From Blastocladiella emersonii ATCC 22665 (Eukaryota; Fungi; Blastocladiomycota): 64,000 nt of DNA. The stretch lies in assembly GCA_025594325.1 (NCBI GenBank), contig JANHCV010000001.1, positions 2,976,001-3,040,000 of the forward strand. The letters run 5' to 3'. The notes beneath the pieces were generated by a model. That model saw only the letters and a list, made by a program, of their open reading frames with translations, made no database searches and was not told the origin of the DNA. The position numbers and the translations under genes were made by a program. Below, piece by piece: positions 1 to 14,164 of the stretch; the first letter of the stretch is position 1, and every line of letters starts with the position of its first letter.

Positions 1-3000
1 GAGGCCCTTGCCGACGCCCTTGAAGAACCCGCCGAACCCCTCCTTCTCGGCGCCCTCGATGGGCTTCGTGATCACGCCCGTGACGCCCGAGACGACGCCC
101 TTTGCAAGCGACTTGGCGCCGGTCGTGACGCCGAACAGCGCGTGGCGCGGGCGGTTGCGGATGCGCGACATCTGGCGCGCCGTCTGGAACGACTCGTCGA
201 GCGTGGCCATGGCGAGACCCTTGCCGACGGCGCCCGTGAACTTGGCGAACCCGTCGGCGACGCCGTACACGGCCTTGCCCACGAACGTCGCCGTGCCCTT
301 GGCGAGCCCGATGCCGAGGTCCGCGGGGCTGTCGCTGACGATGCCCTGGTACGGCTCGTAGAAGATGTCCTGCACGCCCGACGCGAGGTTGTTGAACAGG
401 CCGACGGGGTTGCCGAGAAAGTCGGCGGACCCGAGGATCGCGAACATCTTGGAGAACACCTGGTCGTAGTAGTGCGTGTAGATGGCGTCCGAGAGTAGCG
501 CCGTCGACACGATCGGGTGCTCGAGCGTGAGCGCGTTGAAGGCGAGCGGGAAGTTGTGCACGTTGCCGAGCCCCGCGCCAATGATCTTGGTGAAGAACGA
601 GAAGAAGTTGACGCCGCCCGTGTCGTTGAACGAGAAGGTCAGGTTCAGCTTGATGGGGTGGATCTGGAACGCCTCAAAGTACATGAGGTTCGCGTAGTCC
701 TGCGTGACAGGCGGCGTCGGCGCGAGCTTGCTCGACCACGTCACCTCGTGCCGCGTCCCGTCGTCGAGCGTCAGGAACCGCGCAATCGCGTTGATGAGCT
801 CCTGGTCGATGGACACGGACATCTCCTGCAGCAGGAATGCGCAGTACTTGTAGTACTGGATGCCGTGCGACTGGTCCTTGGACTTGACCAGCGCGAGCTT
901 GATGGCCTGGTGCTCCTTGGAGTCGCGCGACAGCTCGGTCGGGAACAGCACAATGGGCTCGAGCGCCTTGGACAGCTGGTTGTCGATCTGGATCCAGTGC
1001 ACGTCGGCGCCGTACGTGTAGTACAGGTTCGTGTCGTTGTACTTGAGGCACAGGTCCGAGAACGAGAGGTACAGCAGCTCCTGCGTGCCGTCGATGAGCG
1101 ACACGCCGAGGTGCACGTTGATCTGGATCGCGAAGTTGACGATGCTGTGTACGTCAATCACCTCGAACGCGAGGTTGCCCGCGCTGCTCGTGTTGCTGCT
1201 GACACTCGCCGTCGACCCGCGCCGCTCGTTGCGGCGGTAGATGGACTTTTTCGGGTTGTAGTGCGTGATCTGCAGCACGCGCGTGGTCCCGTCGATCATG
1301 AGGTCCATGGCAAACACGCGGCGCCGGTTGCCGATCGAGATCTCCCACGGGACCATGGCGCCGACCTCGAACAGGTTGACGTTGCGCTTGCGGTCGCCGC
1401 TCGCGCCCTCGACCGCGAGCGCGATGGCGCGGTCGCTGGCCGTCGGATCGTCGAGCGCGTAGTTGGCCGACCGCCCCGCGGGCACCGTGTACCGCTTGCG
1501 CGACGCGACGCCCGATTGCGTGAAGTGGACCGTGTAGTTGGTGAGGTTCTCGATGCGGTACGGCCAGCGGTCCGACTGCTTGACGAACATGAACAGCGTG
1601 GCCTCGTGCAGGACAATGTCGACCTCGAGGAGCAGCGGCGCGGGCGCGCTGGGGCTGCCGCTGGCCGTCTCGAGCGGGTCCATGCGCGCAAACACCTGGC
1701 CGACCTCGTGCATGCGGAGCGGCGCCGACCAGTCGTGCTGCGCGGGCCCGGCGGCGCCGTTGGCGAACCGGAACACGATGAGCTTGTGCATGTTGCGGTG
1801 CAGCCACTGGACTGGCATCTCGGCGCCGTCGGGGCACTCGCCGATCTCGGGCGTCATGGCCTGCTTCCACTGCAGCGGGCGGCCCGTCATGTTCTTGACC
1901 ACGTAGCGCGGGCTGAAGGCGATCACCTTGCTCACGGCGAACCGGTCGGCGCCGCCCTCGGTGACCGAGATCCCGACGTGCCAGCTGCGCGTGCGGTCGA
2001 CCGTGTTGAGCACGATCCCGGACGTGGCGTTGAGCTGCTCGAGGTTGATGGGCGGCGTGGTCTCGGTGCCCGCGAGCGACAGCGCGAGCCGCTTCTCGGA
2101 GGCGAGGTGGATGCCGCCCGACGGGATCACGATGGCCTCGCGGTCGAGCAGCATGAGGTCCATAGGTAGGCGGTTGACGAGAACCATGGGCGAGTACAGC
2201 GAGAGGCGGCGCGACCACCCGCCCTTGACGAGCGTGCGGATGCGCAGGTGCAGCTTCTGGTGCTCGCCGCAATCAATGATCTCGAGATCCTCGTCGTCGT
2301 CGACCTCCTCGAGCGCCATGATGACGCCGGGCCGCTTGGACTGCAGCCGCAGCTCGGGAACCTTGAGCAGCAGGCCGAGCGCCTTGGCGACGTCGAGCGT
2401 GCCGATGCTCACGACGTTGCCCGACTCGAGCGACTCGCCGAACAGCGGCTGCTGGCCGCGCTTTGTGACGAACTGGTACTGCGCCGTGACGGGGAGGAGG
2501 TTCTCGAACTCGATCGGGCAGTGCACCTTGATGGCCATCTGCGGGTACGGGTGGTGCTCCATGGCCTTGGCGTCGTACTCGGCGGCGAGCACGAGGTGGA
2601 ATGTCTGCTCGCCCTCGAGCGCCTTGCACCGCACCCACAGCCGCTTGGCCTTGAGGAACTCGCGCCAGCTGACGGGCCGCGACCACGAGAAGCCGTGTCC
2701 GACGCCGGGCCGCAGCCGCACCGTGCCGGCGAAGATGGCGCCGACGGGCACGCTGTACTCGTCGCCGGGCTTGAGCGTCGTCTGCTTGTCCTCGTGCAGG
2801 ATGTCGAGGTCGACGAGCATCGAGTTGACGAACGAGAGCGGCGACTTGATGGTCACGACCTTGATCTTGTTCTTGACCTTGACGTCGATGCACAGGCGGT
2901 ACAGGTTGCCGTCGATGGTCGGGCGCAGCGGGAGGACCGTCGAGGTCTCGCGGTCGACGTTGATGGCGGGGAGCGTCTCCCACGTCGGGTTGCCGCACAG

Positions 3001-6000
3001 GTGCAGCGCGAGGCGGTGGCGGATCGGCTCGGTCGAGTTGCGCATGGCGTGCCAGTGCTCGAACCGCCACGCGAGCTCGCCGCCGGCGGGGATCTCGGTC
3101 GGGTCGGCGTTGGCGCCCGTGATCGAGCTGTTCCACACCGTGACGTGGTGCCCGCACATGTTGCGGATCAGGTACGGCTTCTGCACGCGCAGGTGCAGGA
3201 TGTTGAACGACTTTGGCCAGTTGGCCGCCGTCTGCAGCGCCGTCTCGAGCAGGTGCCGCGACACGTTGAGGTTGATGAGGCGGTCGGACCGCACCTCGAG
3301 CTTGGTCGCCTCGCCCGACTTGAGGTTGACCTGGACCATGGAATGCTCCACGACGGGCTCCCAGTCGGTGATGCGCGGGTTCCACAGGTTGAGGTGGAAC
3401 GCGAGCGACGTGGACGCGCGCAGCGTCGTCGACCAGTCGCGCACGTCGATGGTGAACCCGCCGAGCACGAAGTCGACCATTGGAACGTGCAGGTCGTCGA
3501 GGTCGTCGACGAGAATCACGCGGATGTTGGCCACGTTGACGCGCGCCGTCTCGCTGTTGGCGATGAGCTGGGCCTTGGTGATGGGCGCGCGCGAGGCGCG
3601 AGACGACGACGACGCGTTGGACACGCGCGACGCGGAGCGGACCATGGTCACGTCAAACCCGTTGGCGTCGGCCGCGCCCACGTCGATGGTCGGCGGCGCG
3701 GCAAAGAAGTAGTTCATGTACTGCGTGACCATGGTCTGGATGAAGAGCGCCTCCTGGTACGAGAGGCGGAGCAGGATCGAGTCCACGTCGACCTCGAAGT
3801 TGCGCCGGTTGCTCGGCGCGCCGCCCTCGGGCGTGATCGAGAGCCCGAAATCCTGCAGCACGCGGACCTGCTCGGACCGGTTGTCCATGCGGCACAGGAA
3901 GACGCCGAGCCCGCCGAGTCTCATGGTCACGTCGCGCTCATACGACAGCTTGAGGTGCTGGAACCCGAGCACGAGCGCGCTCGAGTGCACGTCCTTGGAG
4001 TCGTGCACGAACGCGACCTGCGCGTTGACGATGTTGATTGAGTAGCGGATCGCGGGGGCGGGCGGGGCCGCGGGCGTGGACGGCGCAGGGAGCGCGGACG
4101 ACGAGCGGCGAGCAGCAGAGGTACTGATCCCAGCAGCGCCTGGCGCGATTAGCGCGGACCGGCGCAGCGACTGCGGCGACCCGACCTCGCTCCCGCCGCC
4201 GTCGGCGAAACTGGCCGCGAGCGGGGTACCGGGGAGCGACGCGGCCGTCTGGTCGAGCGGGGTGCCGACGACGCTGCCGGAGCTCACGCCGACCGGGTAC
4301 AGCTCCTCCTCGGCCGAGTTGCCGCGCGCGAGGCTCTGGTCGTCGTCAGCGGCGGCATCGCCCTCGTCGGACTCGGGCTCCTCGAGGACAAAGAACTCCT
4401 GCACCTCCTGGATGTAGTCGAAGATGGCGAGCACCTGCGGCGAGTCGAGCGTGACGCAGACGAGCATGCCGTTGCCCGGGTCGGGCGTGATGCGGCACAG
4501 GAGCTGGTACGCGAACGGCCGCTCAAGGGCCGGCGGCAGCGCGATGATGTCGTTGTAGACGTGCTCGGAGCGGCGCGAGTCCATGACCGAGAACCGCGAC
4601 ACACCGAACTCGCCGGTCCAGCTCCCACTCCGCTGCATGGCCATCTTGAAGAACATGCCGTACACGTCGACGCGCGTGAGCGACGCGGTCGGGGTGCGCA
4701 ACAGCTCGAGGCGCAGCCGGCTGAGCGAGACCGAGATCTCGGTGGTGATGGCCGTCGCGTCCACGTCTGCAATCGCAGCGGCGACTGCGGGCGAGGACTG
4801 CGGCTGCGCAACCGCAGCCGCAGATGACGGCGAGGATTCGGGTGCCGGCGCGGCGGGGAACAGCGCGCAGTACACGGTCCACAGGAACGCGTACTGGTCG
4901 TGCGTGATGCGCGTGTCGACCTCGGAAAAGTCGACCTTGATCTCCGTGTCCTGCATCGCGAACAGCATCTGGACCTTGTTGAGCACGTTCTGGCGGAGGA
5001 GCGACGAGCGGTACGCCGACGCCGACACGGCGGAGCCGGGCGCCTCGAGACCGCTCGGAATCATGGACTCGCCGCTGCTGCCGGCGGGCTGGAGCAGCTC
5101 TGTCACAATGTTCATGTCGGTGAGCGACGCGTTGATGATGTACGACGCGCTAGTCGGGGTCTCGTAGAAGTTGCGCGCGTCGAGCTGGCCGAGGTAGACG
5201 AGGACGCCCTGGCCAGTCTCGTCGCGGTACTCGATGAGCGGCGACTTGATGTGGACGACGAACCCGAACCGCGCGTCAGCGGCCGTCTCGGCGGCGCGGC
5301 GCCGCGCAATGTCGGCCATGTTGCGCATCGAGGCAAAGTCGGACAGGTACGCGAGGATGTGGTTGATCTCGGTCGGGCGGTACAGGACGCGCGTCGACTC
5401 GCTCGAGAACTCGACCTTGGAGTCGAACCCGTCGGCGGCGCCGGGCGCGCCCGAGTCGAACTGGAACGTGGCCGACCGCTCGCCCTCGATGTAGGCGATC
5501 CGCTCGCCGTTGGCAATGGTCACGGCGAGCGCGCCGAGCGTGCCGCTGACGGTCATCGAGGGACCGCCCATGACGACCTTGACCTCGGTGAAGCCCAGGT
5601 CGGCCTTGGCAAAGACGGTGCCGCCATCGTTGAGGTCGAGCGCGATCCCGCGCATGTTGGCGCGCACGAGCATCTTGTTGTCGTTGGCGGCCGGCGGCGC
5701 AGCGGGCAGCGAGTCGGTGGGCGACGTCGGCGACGAACCGCTCCCTGGTGGCGGGAGCGGGGCCGCCTCGACCTCGCCGACGAAAGTGACCATGAGGAAG
5801 TCGTAGATGTCGATGAACGACTTTTTGGTCACGACGCCGTGGATTCCGTCGAACGTGACGTCGACGGTGGTCTCGAACCCGTCGAACCGGGGCGAGGCCG
5901 GGTCGCACTGGTGGTACTGGATCGAGACGAGCTCGCGGTGCGCCGCCGCGTTGGCGCCGACCGAGGACGCGAGCGCCATGTCCGACGACTCGATGAGGCT

Positions 6001-8983
6001 CGCGAGCGTCGGGTTGGGCTGCTGCAGGTCAACGACGTGGATCGTCTCGAGGCGGATGTTGGCCTCGCGCTCGAGCGCGCGCTGCTTGAACCCGAGGTCA
6101 AAGTTCTTGAGCTCGAGCGTGGCGAGCTCGCGCTCGCGGCCGAGCGCGTCGTCGTAGATGAGCAGGCGCGCGAGCACGGTGCCGACGCGGAACTGGAAGT
6201 CGATGAGGTCCTGGGTCGGCGTGGTGCCGGCGGGCGACGCCGACGATGAGCTCGCGGCCAGCGCGCCGTCGGTATCGAGCGCCGTCGTGGACGACACAGC
6301 TGGCGCAGGGGCGGCGGCGGGCGGGCCGGAGATGAGGTCGACGGCGCGCATGATCGACTTGTACTTGCGGTCCGACAACACGAACTTGAGCGCGGGCATG
6401 GCGCCCGAGAGCTTGAGCCTGGGCAGGTTGGTGGCCTTTGGCAGGATGGAGCTCTCGAGCAGCAGGTTGACGTCGAGGCCCTGGATGATCTGGCCGGGGA
6501 CTGAGTGCTCGGCGGCGAGGTCGAGCACGCACTGGTCGATGGTGGGCGCGACGAGCAGCTTGACGTTGGTGAGGCTCACGTCGTACTTGTCGTACATGAG
6601 CGAGAGCAGGTGCTCGAGCTCGGTGTCGGTGAGCTGCATGCCCTCCTTCTTCTGCAGCTCGGCCTTCTCGCTCGTGTCGACGAGCTTGCTCTGGATCTTA
6701 AGATTGCCCGAGTCGAAGGCGAGCACCTCGTGGTCGCCGAGCGGGACGAGGAACACGGGCGCGTCGATGTTGACGGTGATCGAGGTGGCCTTGTGCTGCT
6801 CGAGCGCGTACTCGAGACCGGCACGCGTCTGGTGCTTGACGGACGCGGCAACCTCGAGGTACGCGTCGGCGACTGTATCGGGGACGGCGAAGAAGTGCGT
6901 GACGGCGTCGACGGTCTGCGGCGTGTACAGGATGGTGAGCGACTGGGTGTCGATCTGGATTGACGTGTCCTCGGCCTTGGACTTGAACCGCAGCGCGAAG
7001 AGCGGGCGCGTCGCGTCGCTGTGGACGGGCGGCGACACGACCTCGCGGTTGCACCCGGACAGGCCGTCGTACACGGACAGGTTGCCCATGGTGACGAGGG
7101 CCGAGATGGACGAGTCGAGGCACGAGATGACCTGCGTCGACATGTCCTGGAACACGACCGAGAGCGTCGACGGGATGATGGGGTGCGCGGGGTCGAAGAC
7201 GGGCACACCGCCCTGCGCGCCCTGGAGGAAGATGCATCCGGTCTGCAGCTTGAACTGGACGCGGAACAGGATGCAGTCGGGCGGGAGCGTCGACTCGGTG
7301 GCGACGAGGGACTCGTCGTAGTCGAGGAACCGCTTCAGGTCGGCGAACTGCAGCACGTTCGGGTCGGCCTCGCCGTCGCTGGCGGGCATGCCGCCGGGCA
7401 GCTCCGACGTGGACGTGGACGCAGGCGCGCTCGACCACCACGACGAGAACCAGCCGCCGCCGCCACTCGCAGCCGCGGTGGCCTTGGTCGGCGATGGCGG
7501 TGCCGAGGCCTCCTTCTCCTTCTTCTCGTTGAGCTTCTTCTGCTCCTTGAGGGCGTCGTCGCGGAGATGCTTGAGAACCATCTTGTTGAACAGAATGAGG
7601 TCCTCGAGCTTGAGCTTGCGCTGCAGCTCGTCGAGGCGCGAGATGTCGTCCTGCGGCAGCTCGGCGTCGGCCGGGAGCAGCTTGCGCTGCTTGGACAGGC
7701 GGATGTAGTCGAGGCGGTCCTTGCGGCGCTCGGCGAGGTACTCCCAGGTGAAGGGGGCGAGCCGCTCGCGCACGTCCATGTGGACGGCGCGCAGGGCGAA
7801 CAGGAGGAGGGCGCGCGGCGAGCGGTCGGCGGCAGCGGGGCGCAGCGGGCGGTACTTGATGGTCTTGTTGAAGAGCTGGAACCGGTCGAGGACGAGCCAC
7901 ATGCCGCGGTGCTGGGCCTCGGACAGGGCGAGGGCAAACTCGTTGAACTCGAGCGTCACGTCGTACTTGGGGACGTTCTGGCCGTACTGGCGGTTGAGCG
8001 TGAGCTACATCGGGGCGGGCGTGTGTGAGTGGGCGCGTGTCGTGGTTGCTAGTGGTGCGGCAAGCGTACCTTGCCGATGCCCGAGACGGGTTTGAGCAGG
8101 AACGAGTCAATGCACATGTCGTGCTCGGTCGGGATCTATTGGTGCGCGCGGTCAGTGACGGTCGCAAAGCGGGGGAGGAGAGGGCCGACGTACCAGCTTG
8201 CGCAGCGCGTCGAGACTCTCGGCGGCTTCGGCGTTCTTGAGAAAGGCCGCGTCGTCGTGCGCGCTGCCGTTCTCGAGCCAGTAGACGCAGAGCGACTTGA
8301 GGTTGAGCAGCTTGCGGGTGAGGGGCTCCTCGGTCTCGATGAAGGCGGGCTGCCAGTCGGCGTTGACCGAGACAATGGACAGCTCGCGCAGCGTGACGCC
8401 GAGCGAGAAGGGGCGGCCAGGAACAGCGAGGGCGTCCTGGTAGCGGACGTGGATGGTGTCGATGGAGATTTGCATGTTGTCGATGATCTTGTTGATGAGC
8501 TGTGACGTGTACGAAGCCTGCTGCGGGTCTACACGTGCGATCGGCGGTCAAAACCCGCGCACAACAGTAAAGACGCAAGGAATGCGCACCCTGCTCGGCG
8601 GCGGCGGCGGCAAAAGTAGCGTGGAAGGTCTCGGCCTGCAGGAGCAGCTCCATCTTCTGGCGGAACTGGCGCTCAATCTCCTCGAGCGGGTCGACGGCGA
8701 CGGCGTCGCGCGGGGTGGCCACGAGGAAGACATTGCTGACGTTGATGCGGAAGGGCTTGCCCTTGAGGTTCTGCCACGGGATCTTGACGACGAGGTCGCC
8801 GACGTAGCCCTGGACGACGGTGATGGGCAGGTCGAGCTTGTCGAGGGCGTCCCTGCGCAGGCGCAGGTTGCGCAGCTGCACGTCGCCGTTCCAGATGCCG
8901 ATGTTGAGCTGGTCCGTGGCCAGGTTCTCGACAAAGTCGCCGAGGACGCGGTTCAGCAGGTTCGCCACGACCTGCTCGAACAT
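1..8983 (-). CDS. VPS13: Vacuolar protein sorting 13 (bridge-like lipid transfer protein), 3' end beyond the window. Exons 8983-8590, 8528-8194, 8135-8070, 8004-<1
   Basis: N-terminal chorein motif MFEQVVANLLNRVLGDFVENL...LNIGIWNGDVQLRNL. GT-AG introns at 8589-8529, 8193-8136 and 8069-8005 keep frame. The frame from 8004 is the same one that reads the ATG_C-type VITKPIEGAEKEGFGGFFKGVGKGL at the window edge, and the ORF track shows no stop in that frame. Confidence 0.95.
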
Positions 8984-9325
8984 GGCGGCGGCGGCGGCAC
9001 AGCGGTGGCGTTCAGCGGCGGGGCGGTAGAGCGATCAATGAGGTCGATGTGGGCGAGCTAGGCCAGTTTAGATGCGTTGCATGGAGTAAATCCGCGGTGC
9101 GTAAGGCTCAGTAAACGGGAGAGGAGACCGCGCGCGAAGGGGGCAACGGCGGTGCCGCGCCGCGTCTTTCGCGCAGATCACGGTCACATGTCGCCCTGAG
9201 TGACGTGTCTCGCCGCTGTCCGCGTTCGTCATCCAGCAGCGAGCGCTCTCTCTCTCTCGCTGCCCGACTGCGCAGCTGAACCCGCAGAGTCGCACGTAGC
9301 ACATACTCCAAGCAACCTACGCACC

Positions 9326-12300
9326 ATGGCCGCGCGCAACCCGCGCCAGATCGCGACCGGCGGCGGCGGCAACGGGAGGTACTCGAACGTCCCGCCGCCC
9401 CCGGCCCTGTCGGCCGACCCGCGCCGGCGCACGCGCTCGCGCTCGCCCACCCGCAAGCAGCAGCCGCAGCCCTCGGACGGCTACGACGCCGAGGTCGACC
9501 TCGTCGGCCACCACGACACAGTCGACGAGCTGATCGAGGCCGGCGCCGCGTACCGCCACCCCGAGCGCGAGCTGTCGGTCGAGACCGACGCCGACTCGCA
9601 GTCGCAGTCGCAGCCGACGTCGCCGATCCGCGTCAACCACGCGCGCGCGCCGTCCGCGGGCAAGTCGCGCCGCCCGCGCGTCACGGCCAACGCCGAGTAT
9701 GCGCTCCAGCAGCAGCACGGCCGCGCCGCCTCGTTCCGCCAGTCGCAGCCCGTCGACTACACGGCGGCGTGGACCCCCGACATGCTCGACCAGGTCGTCG
9801 CCGACCGCGCCGCGATCCAGCTCGCCCACTCGGGCTTCACCCCGATCCACGTCGCCCCGATGATGCCGCCTTACCCGACCTACTCCGAGTACGAGCAGCA
9901 GTACGACTACAAGCGCCCGATTGTCGCCGACGTCGAGACGGCCGAGTGGACCAGCCAGCAGGAGGTCGGCTACTCGTACTCGTACCGCCACCACGCCATC
10001 GACATTCTCGCCGCACCCAAGCGTCGCACCGCGATGCCGCAGCCGGGTGCCTCGACCTCGACCACCGCCGCCGTCGACTCGCTGACCGGCAAGGTCGCTG
10101 GCATCAACATCGAGGACGAGGAGTCGCCCGCCGTCCCCTTCTCCAAGCCGGCCGCGGCGCGCAACAAGTCGGCCAAGCCCTTCTACCGCGACCACATTTC
10201 GGGCCCCGAGCTCGACGAGGGCATCGCCAAGGGCACCTACATTGTCGGCACCCTGCGCATCAACAAGCGCCTCATGACCGACGCCTACGTGACGGCCGAC
10301 TCGGCCACCGACGACCGCGACATCTTCATCTTCACCCAGGAGGCCCGCAACCGCGCCCTCGAGGGCGACCGCGTCGCCATCGAGCTCGTCGACAGCGCCG
10401 AGGTGCTCGAGCGCAAGGACCGCGCCATGAACAAGATCCAGGACCGCCACCGCTCCGGTGACGGCAACGGCGACGCCGTCCCCATCGACATTGCCCACGA
10501 GCGCGCCAAGCAAATTGCCGAGGGTCTTGCCGACGACGAGGACCTCGACGGCCCGGCCTCGGGCGACGACGAGGAGGAGCCGCCGCTCCGCCTGTGCGGC
10601 CGCGTCGTGGCCATCATCGAGCGCCGCCTGCTCAACCTGTACATTGGCTACATCACGCTCGGCCGCCCCAAGGGCCAGGCGCAGCCCAGCTCGCGCAACA
10701 GCATCCCGCGCCGCCTCGACCCGTCGTTCAGCGACTTTTGGTTCAAGCCGCTCGACTCCAAGGTCCCCTTCCTGCGCCTCAAGAAGGAGTCGGTGCCCGC
10801 CGAGCTCTACAAGCAGCCCGGTGACTACGCGACGATGCTGTTCGCCGCCACCATCGACGAGTGGCCCGCCGACAACCAGTTCCCGCTCGCCAGCGTCACG
10901 GCGACCGTCGGCCAGGCTGGCACCATGGAGGCCGAGACCAAGGCCCTGCTCATCGGCAACGCCGTCAACCTCGACCCCTTCGACGAGGCGTGCCTCGCAT
11001 CGCTGCCCGAGACGCCCTGGTCCATTTCCGACGAGGAGCGCGCACGGCGCTGGGACTTCACGGGCAAGAACATCTTCACCATCGACCCGCGCACCGCCAA
11101 GGATCTCGATGACGCGGTCCACATTGAGCCCGTCCCCGACATGCCCGGCGTCTACGAGCTCGGCGTCCACATTGCCGACGTCAGCCACTTCCTCGAGCCC
11201 GACACGGCGCTCGACGTTCGCGCTTCGACGACGTACGTTTGTCTCGCTCAATCTTGTGCCTCGTCGCTGCCTGCTTACCCCGTCGCACGCCCACTACAGG
11301 TGCACCACCGTCTACCTCGTCGACCGCGCCATTCCGATGCTGCCCAACCTCCTGTGCGAGGAGCTGTGCTCGCTTAACCCGGCCGTCGAGCGGCTCGCCT
11401 TCTCGGTCGTGTGGCGCATCCGCCTCGAGGACGCCGAGATCCTCGACACCAAGTTCGGCAAGTCGGTGATCCGGTCGCGCGCCAAGCTCGCGTACGAGGA
11501 CGCGCAGGACGTGATCGAGGGGTACCCGCTGCCGACGCGCGACGTGCTGCTCGCCGACGACGCGGACGAGGCCACCATGACCGAGTCGATCAAGCTCCTG
11601 TACAAGCTGTCGCGCGTGATTCGCCGGCAGCGGTTCGACAACGGCGCGCTGACCATGAGCACGGTCAAGCTCGCGTTCGTGCTCGACCCCGTGTCGCAGA
11701 TGCCCGTCGGGTGCAAGGCGTACGAGATCCGCGAGGCGAACCAGCTCATCGAGGAGTTCATGCTGCTCGCCAACCGCAGCGTCGCGCACAAGATCCACTC
11801 GGCGTTCCCCGACCTCGCCCTGCTGCGCAAGCACGAACCGCCGGGGTCCGGCCCGATGCAGCAGATCGTGGACCGCATCGGCCTGCTCGGGTACCCCGTC
11901 GACGCGTCCTCGTCGGGCGCGCTGCAGGCGTCGCTCGAGCAGATCGAGGACCCGGTGATCGCCGGGCTCGTCCGCCAGCTGTGCGTGCGGCCCATGAAGC
12001 GCGCCGACTACGTGTGCACGGGCAAGGTGGCGCTCAGCGACCCGAAGCGCACGCGGTTCCTGTCGCACTACGCGCTCGCCACCGACGAGTACACGCACTT
12101 CACGTCGCCCATCCGCCGGTACGCCGACGTGATCGTGCACCGCCAGCTCATGGCGGCGCTCGCCATGGACGCGGACCCGCTGCTCACGCCCGGCGCCGTG
12201 CTCCCGCCCAACATGACGTTTGAGGAGGTGGACCGCATCGCCCGGGCGTGCAACCTCCGCAAGATGCTCGCGCGCCAGGCCCAGGACCAGTCGTCGCGCC

Positions 12301-12863
12301 TGTACCTCGTGCAGTACCTCGCGCACCTGACCAAGACGGCCGAGGCCGCCGCGGACGCCGCGGCGGGCGGTAGCGGCGAGCCGTCGGGCTCGGCCGCGGC
12401 CGCGTCGGGCGGCTGGCGCAGCAAGTACAACAACAACGGCAAGAAGAAGGCGCCCGCGGGCCTGGTCGAGATTGCGCGCATCACGAGCCTGCAGGACCGG
12501 TCGCTCGAGGTGATGATCGAGGCGTACGGGATCGACGCGCGCATCTTCTACGACAAGCTCCCCGTCGAGTCGTTCGACTACCGGCCCAAGGTCGGCCACA
12601 CCACGGTCGTGTGGCGCAAGTCGCGCCGCACCGAGGACCTCAAGGTGTTCGGGTACCTCGCGGTGCGCATCGTCGTCGACGTCACCGTGTCCCCGGCCCG
12701 CGTCGACGTGATCGGCATCGACCCGTCGTCTGAGGAGGTCAAGGTCGCGTTTGAGCGGTACAAGGCCGCCGTCGCCGCACGCGCCAAGCCCGCGCCCAAG
12801 GAGATCCGCGACGAGGACCGTAAGGTCGAGTGGCTGTGCAACGTCGTCGAGGGCGACGAGTAA
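9326..12863 (+). CDS. DIS3L2: Dis3L2-type RNase II/RNB 3'-5' exoribonuclease, one intron (about 11233-11299)
   Basis: OB/CSD motifs (GTLRINK, RNRALEGDRVAIEL). RNB motifs IFTIDPRTAKDLDDAVHI, GVHIADVSHF, TTVYLVDRAIPMLP, ANQLIEEFMLLAN and YTHFTSPIRRYADVIVHRQL. No PIN domain. Confidence 0.9.
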
Positions 12864-12932
12864 TTGACGCGCTGGTTTTGTGACATGGTGGGGCATGGGA
12901 ATAATGAACTTGTTGCGTGTATATTCTCAGTC

Positions 12933-13948
12933 TCAGCAGTGGTCGAACAGGAACGAAGACGCGACGCCCGCGACCGTCGCTGCGATGAGCCCGCCCGTCT
13001 CGCCGTCCCACTTTGACGCGGCGAGGGCCTCGGGCACCCAGAACACGGCCGATGTCACGAGGTTCATGGTCAGCGCGAAAATCCGCTCGTCGAGCGTGCG
13101 CCGGGCCGCCGGCGTCCACACGCGCCGCCGCATCGCGACCGTCTGCGCGATCTGGCGCAGCGTCCGCGTCAGCGCCGCCACGCGAAATGTGTGCGACACG
13201 CCCTGCATCCCTACATCCTCGAAAAGCGTGAGGATCCCGCCCCGTGATGACCGCAGTGATAGAATCGCGTACCGTACAAAACGTGGCCAAACGCCCTCGC
13301 GCGGAGCCCCGCGACCGACGTCTCAACGGCGCTCCCGATGCGGTACACGCTGTCGCCGACGTCCTGCGCGCCGCGGCCCTCAACGAGCGCGCCCCAGACT
13401 CCTTCGAGGACCGCGCGCCCGTGGCCGACCGCGTCGCGGACGTGTGCCGCGGGGTCGCGCATCGTGTCACGAACCGCGGCATCGACGACCACGCCGTACG
13501 CGTACGCGGTCGCGCCCATGATGTACGTCGCGGCGGACCCGACCAGCCCGCGGTCGAGCGAGAGCACGTTGAAGACAACGGCGGTGCCGTGGCCGACGAG
13601 GTGCCGCGCGCGCGGGTGGTACAGCGGGTACGTCAGCCACGTGTACCACGGCGACGATGTTACGACGGTCGGCGCGGACGAGGCCGAGAGCAGCGCGGCG
13701 GCCGCGTCGGTGTACGTGCTGGGCGCGGGGCCTGTGGTGGTGCGCGGCGTCGACGTGTGGAAGGCGAGGACCGTGTGCGTGCGCAGGGCGCCGACGTCGA
13801 TGGGTGGCCGGTCCGAGACGTCCGACGATCCGAGCAAAGCGGGGAGGAGGGCCAGCGCCACGGCCACGGCCGCGTGCTGCGTCCCTGCCCGGCCGAGGTC
13901 GAACGGCGACAGTGAGGCGCCCGTGGAACTGCCGAATACGACGGGCAT
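12933..13948 (-). CDS. Hypothetical membrane protein, two exons (13948-13273, 13210-12933)
   Basis: Two ORF-track segments join in frame through a 62-nt GTACGC...TAG intron (13272-13211). Several hydrophobic stretches; no family recognised. Confidence 0.6.
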
Positions 13949-14164
13949 GGTTGGTTGCAGGCAGTCTACGCCGCTGCAGTATTCATAGGCTGTCAGGGCG
14001 GAGAGAATCGGTTGCGAGAGTCGGTCACGCCGAGATGAGCCATACGCTCACGCCTCGCTCGAGTCAACAGGAGCAAGGGAACTCGACAGGAGATTCGTCA
14101 AAAAATGGCGTCCGTCTTCTCTTCTCTTCTCTTCCGTCAGTTACAACAGCCAGTGCGACAATAA

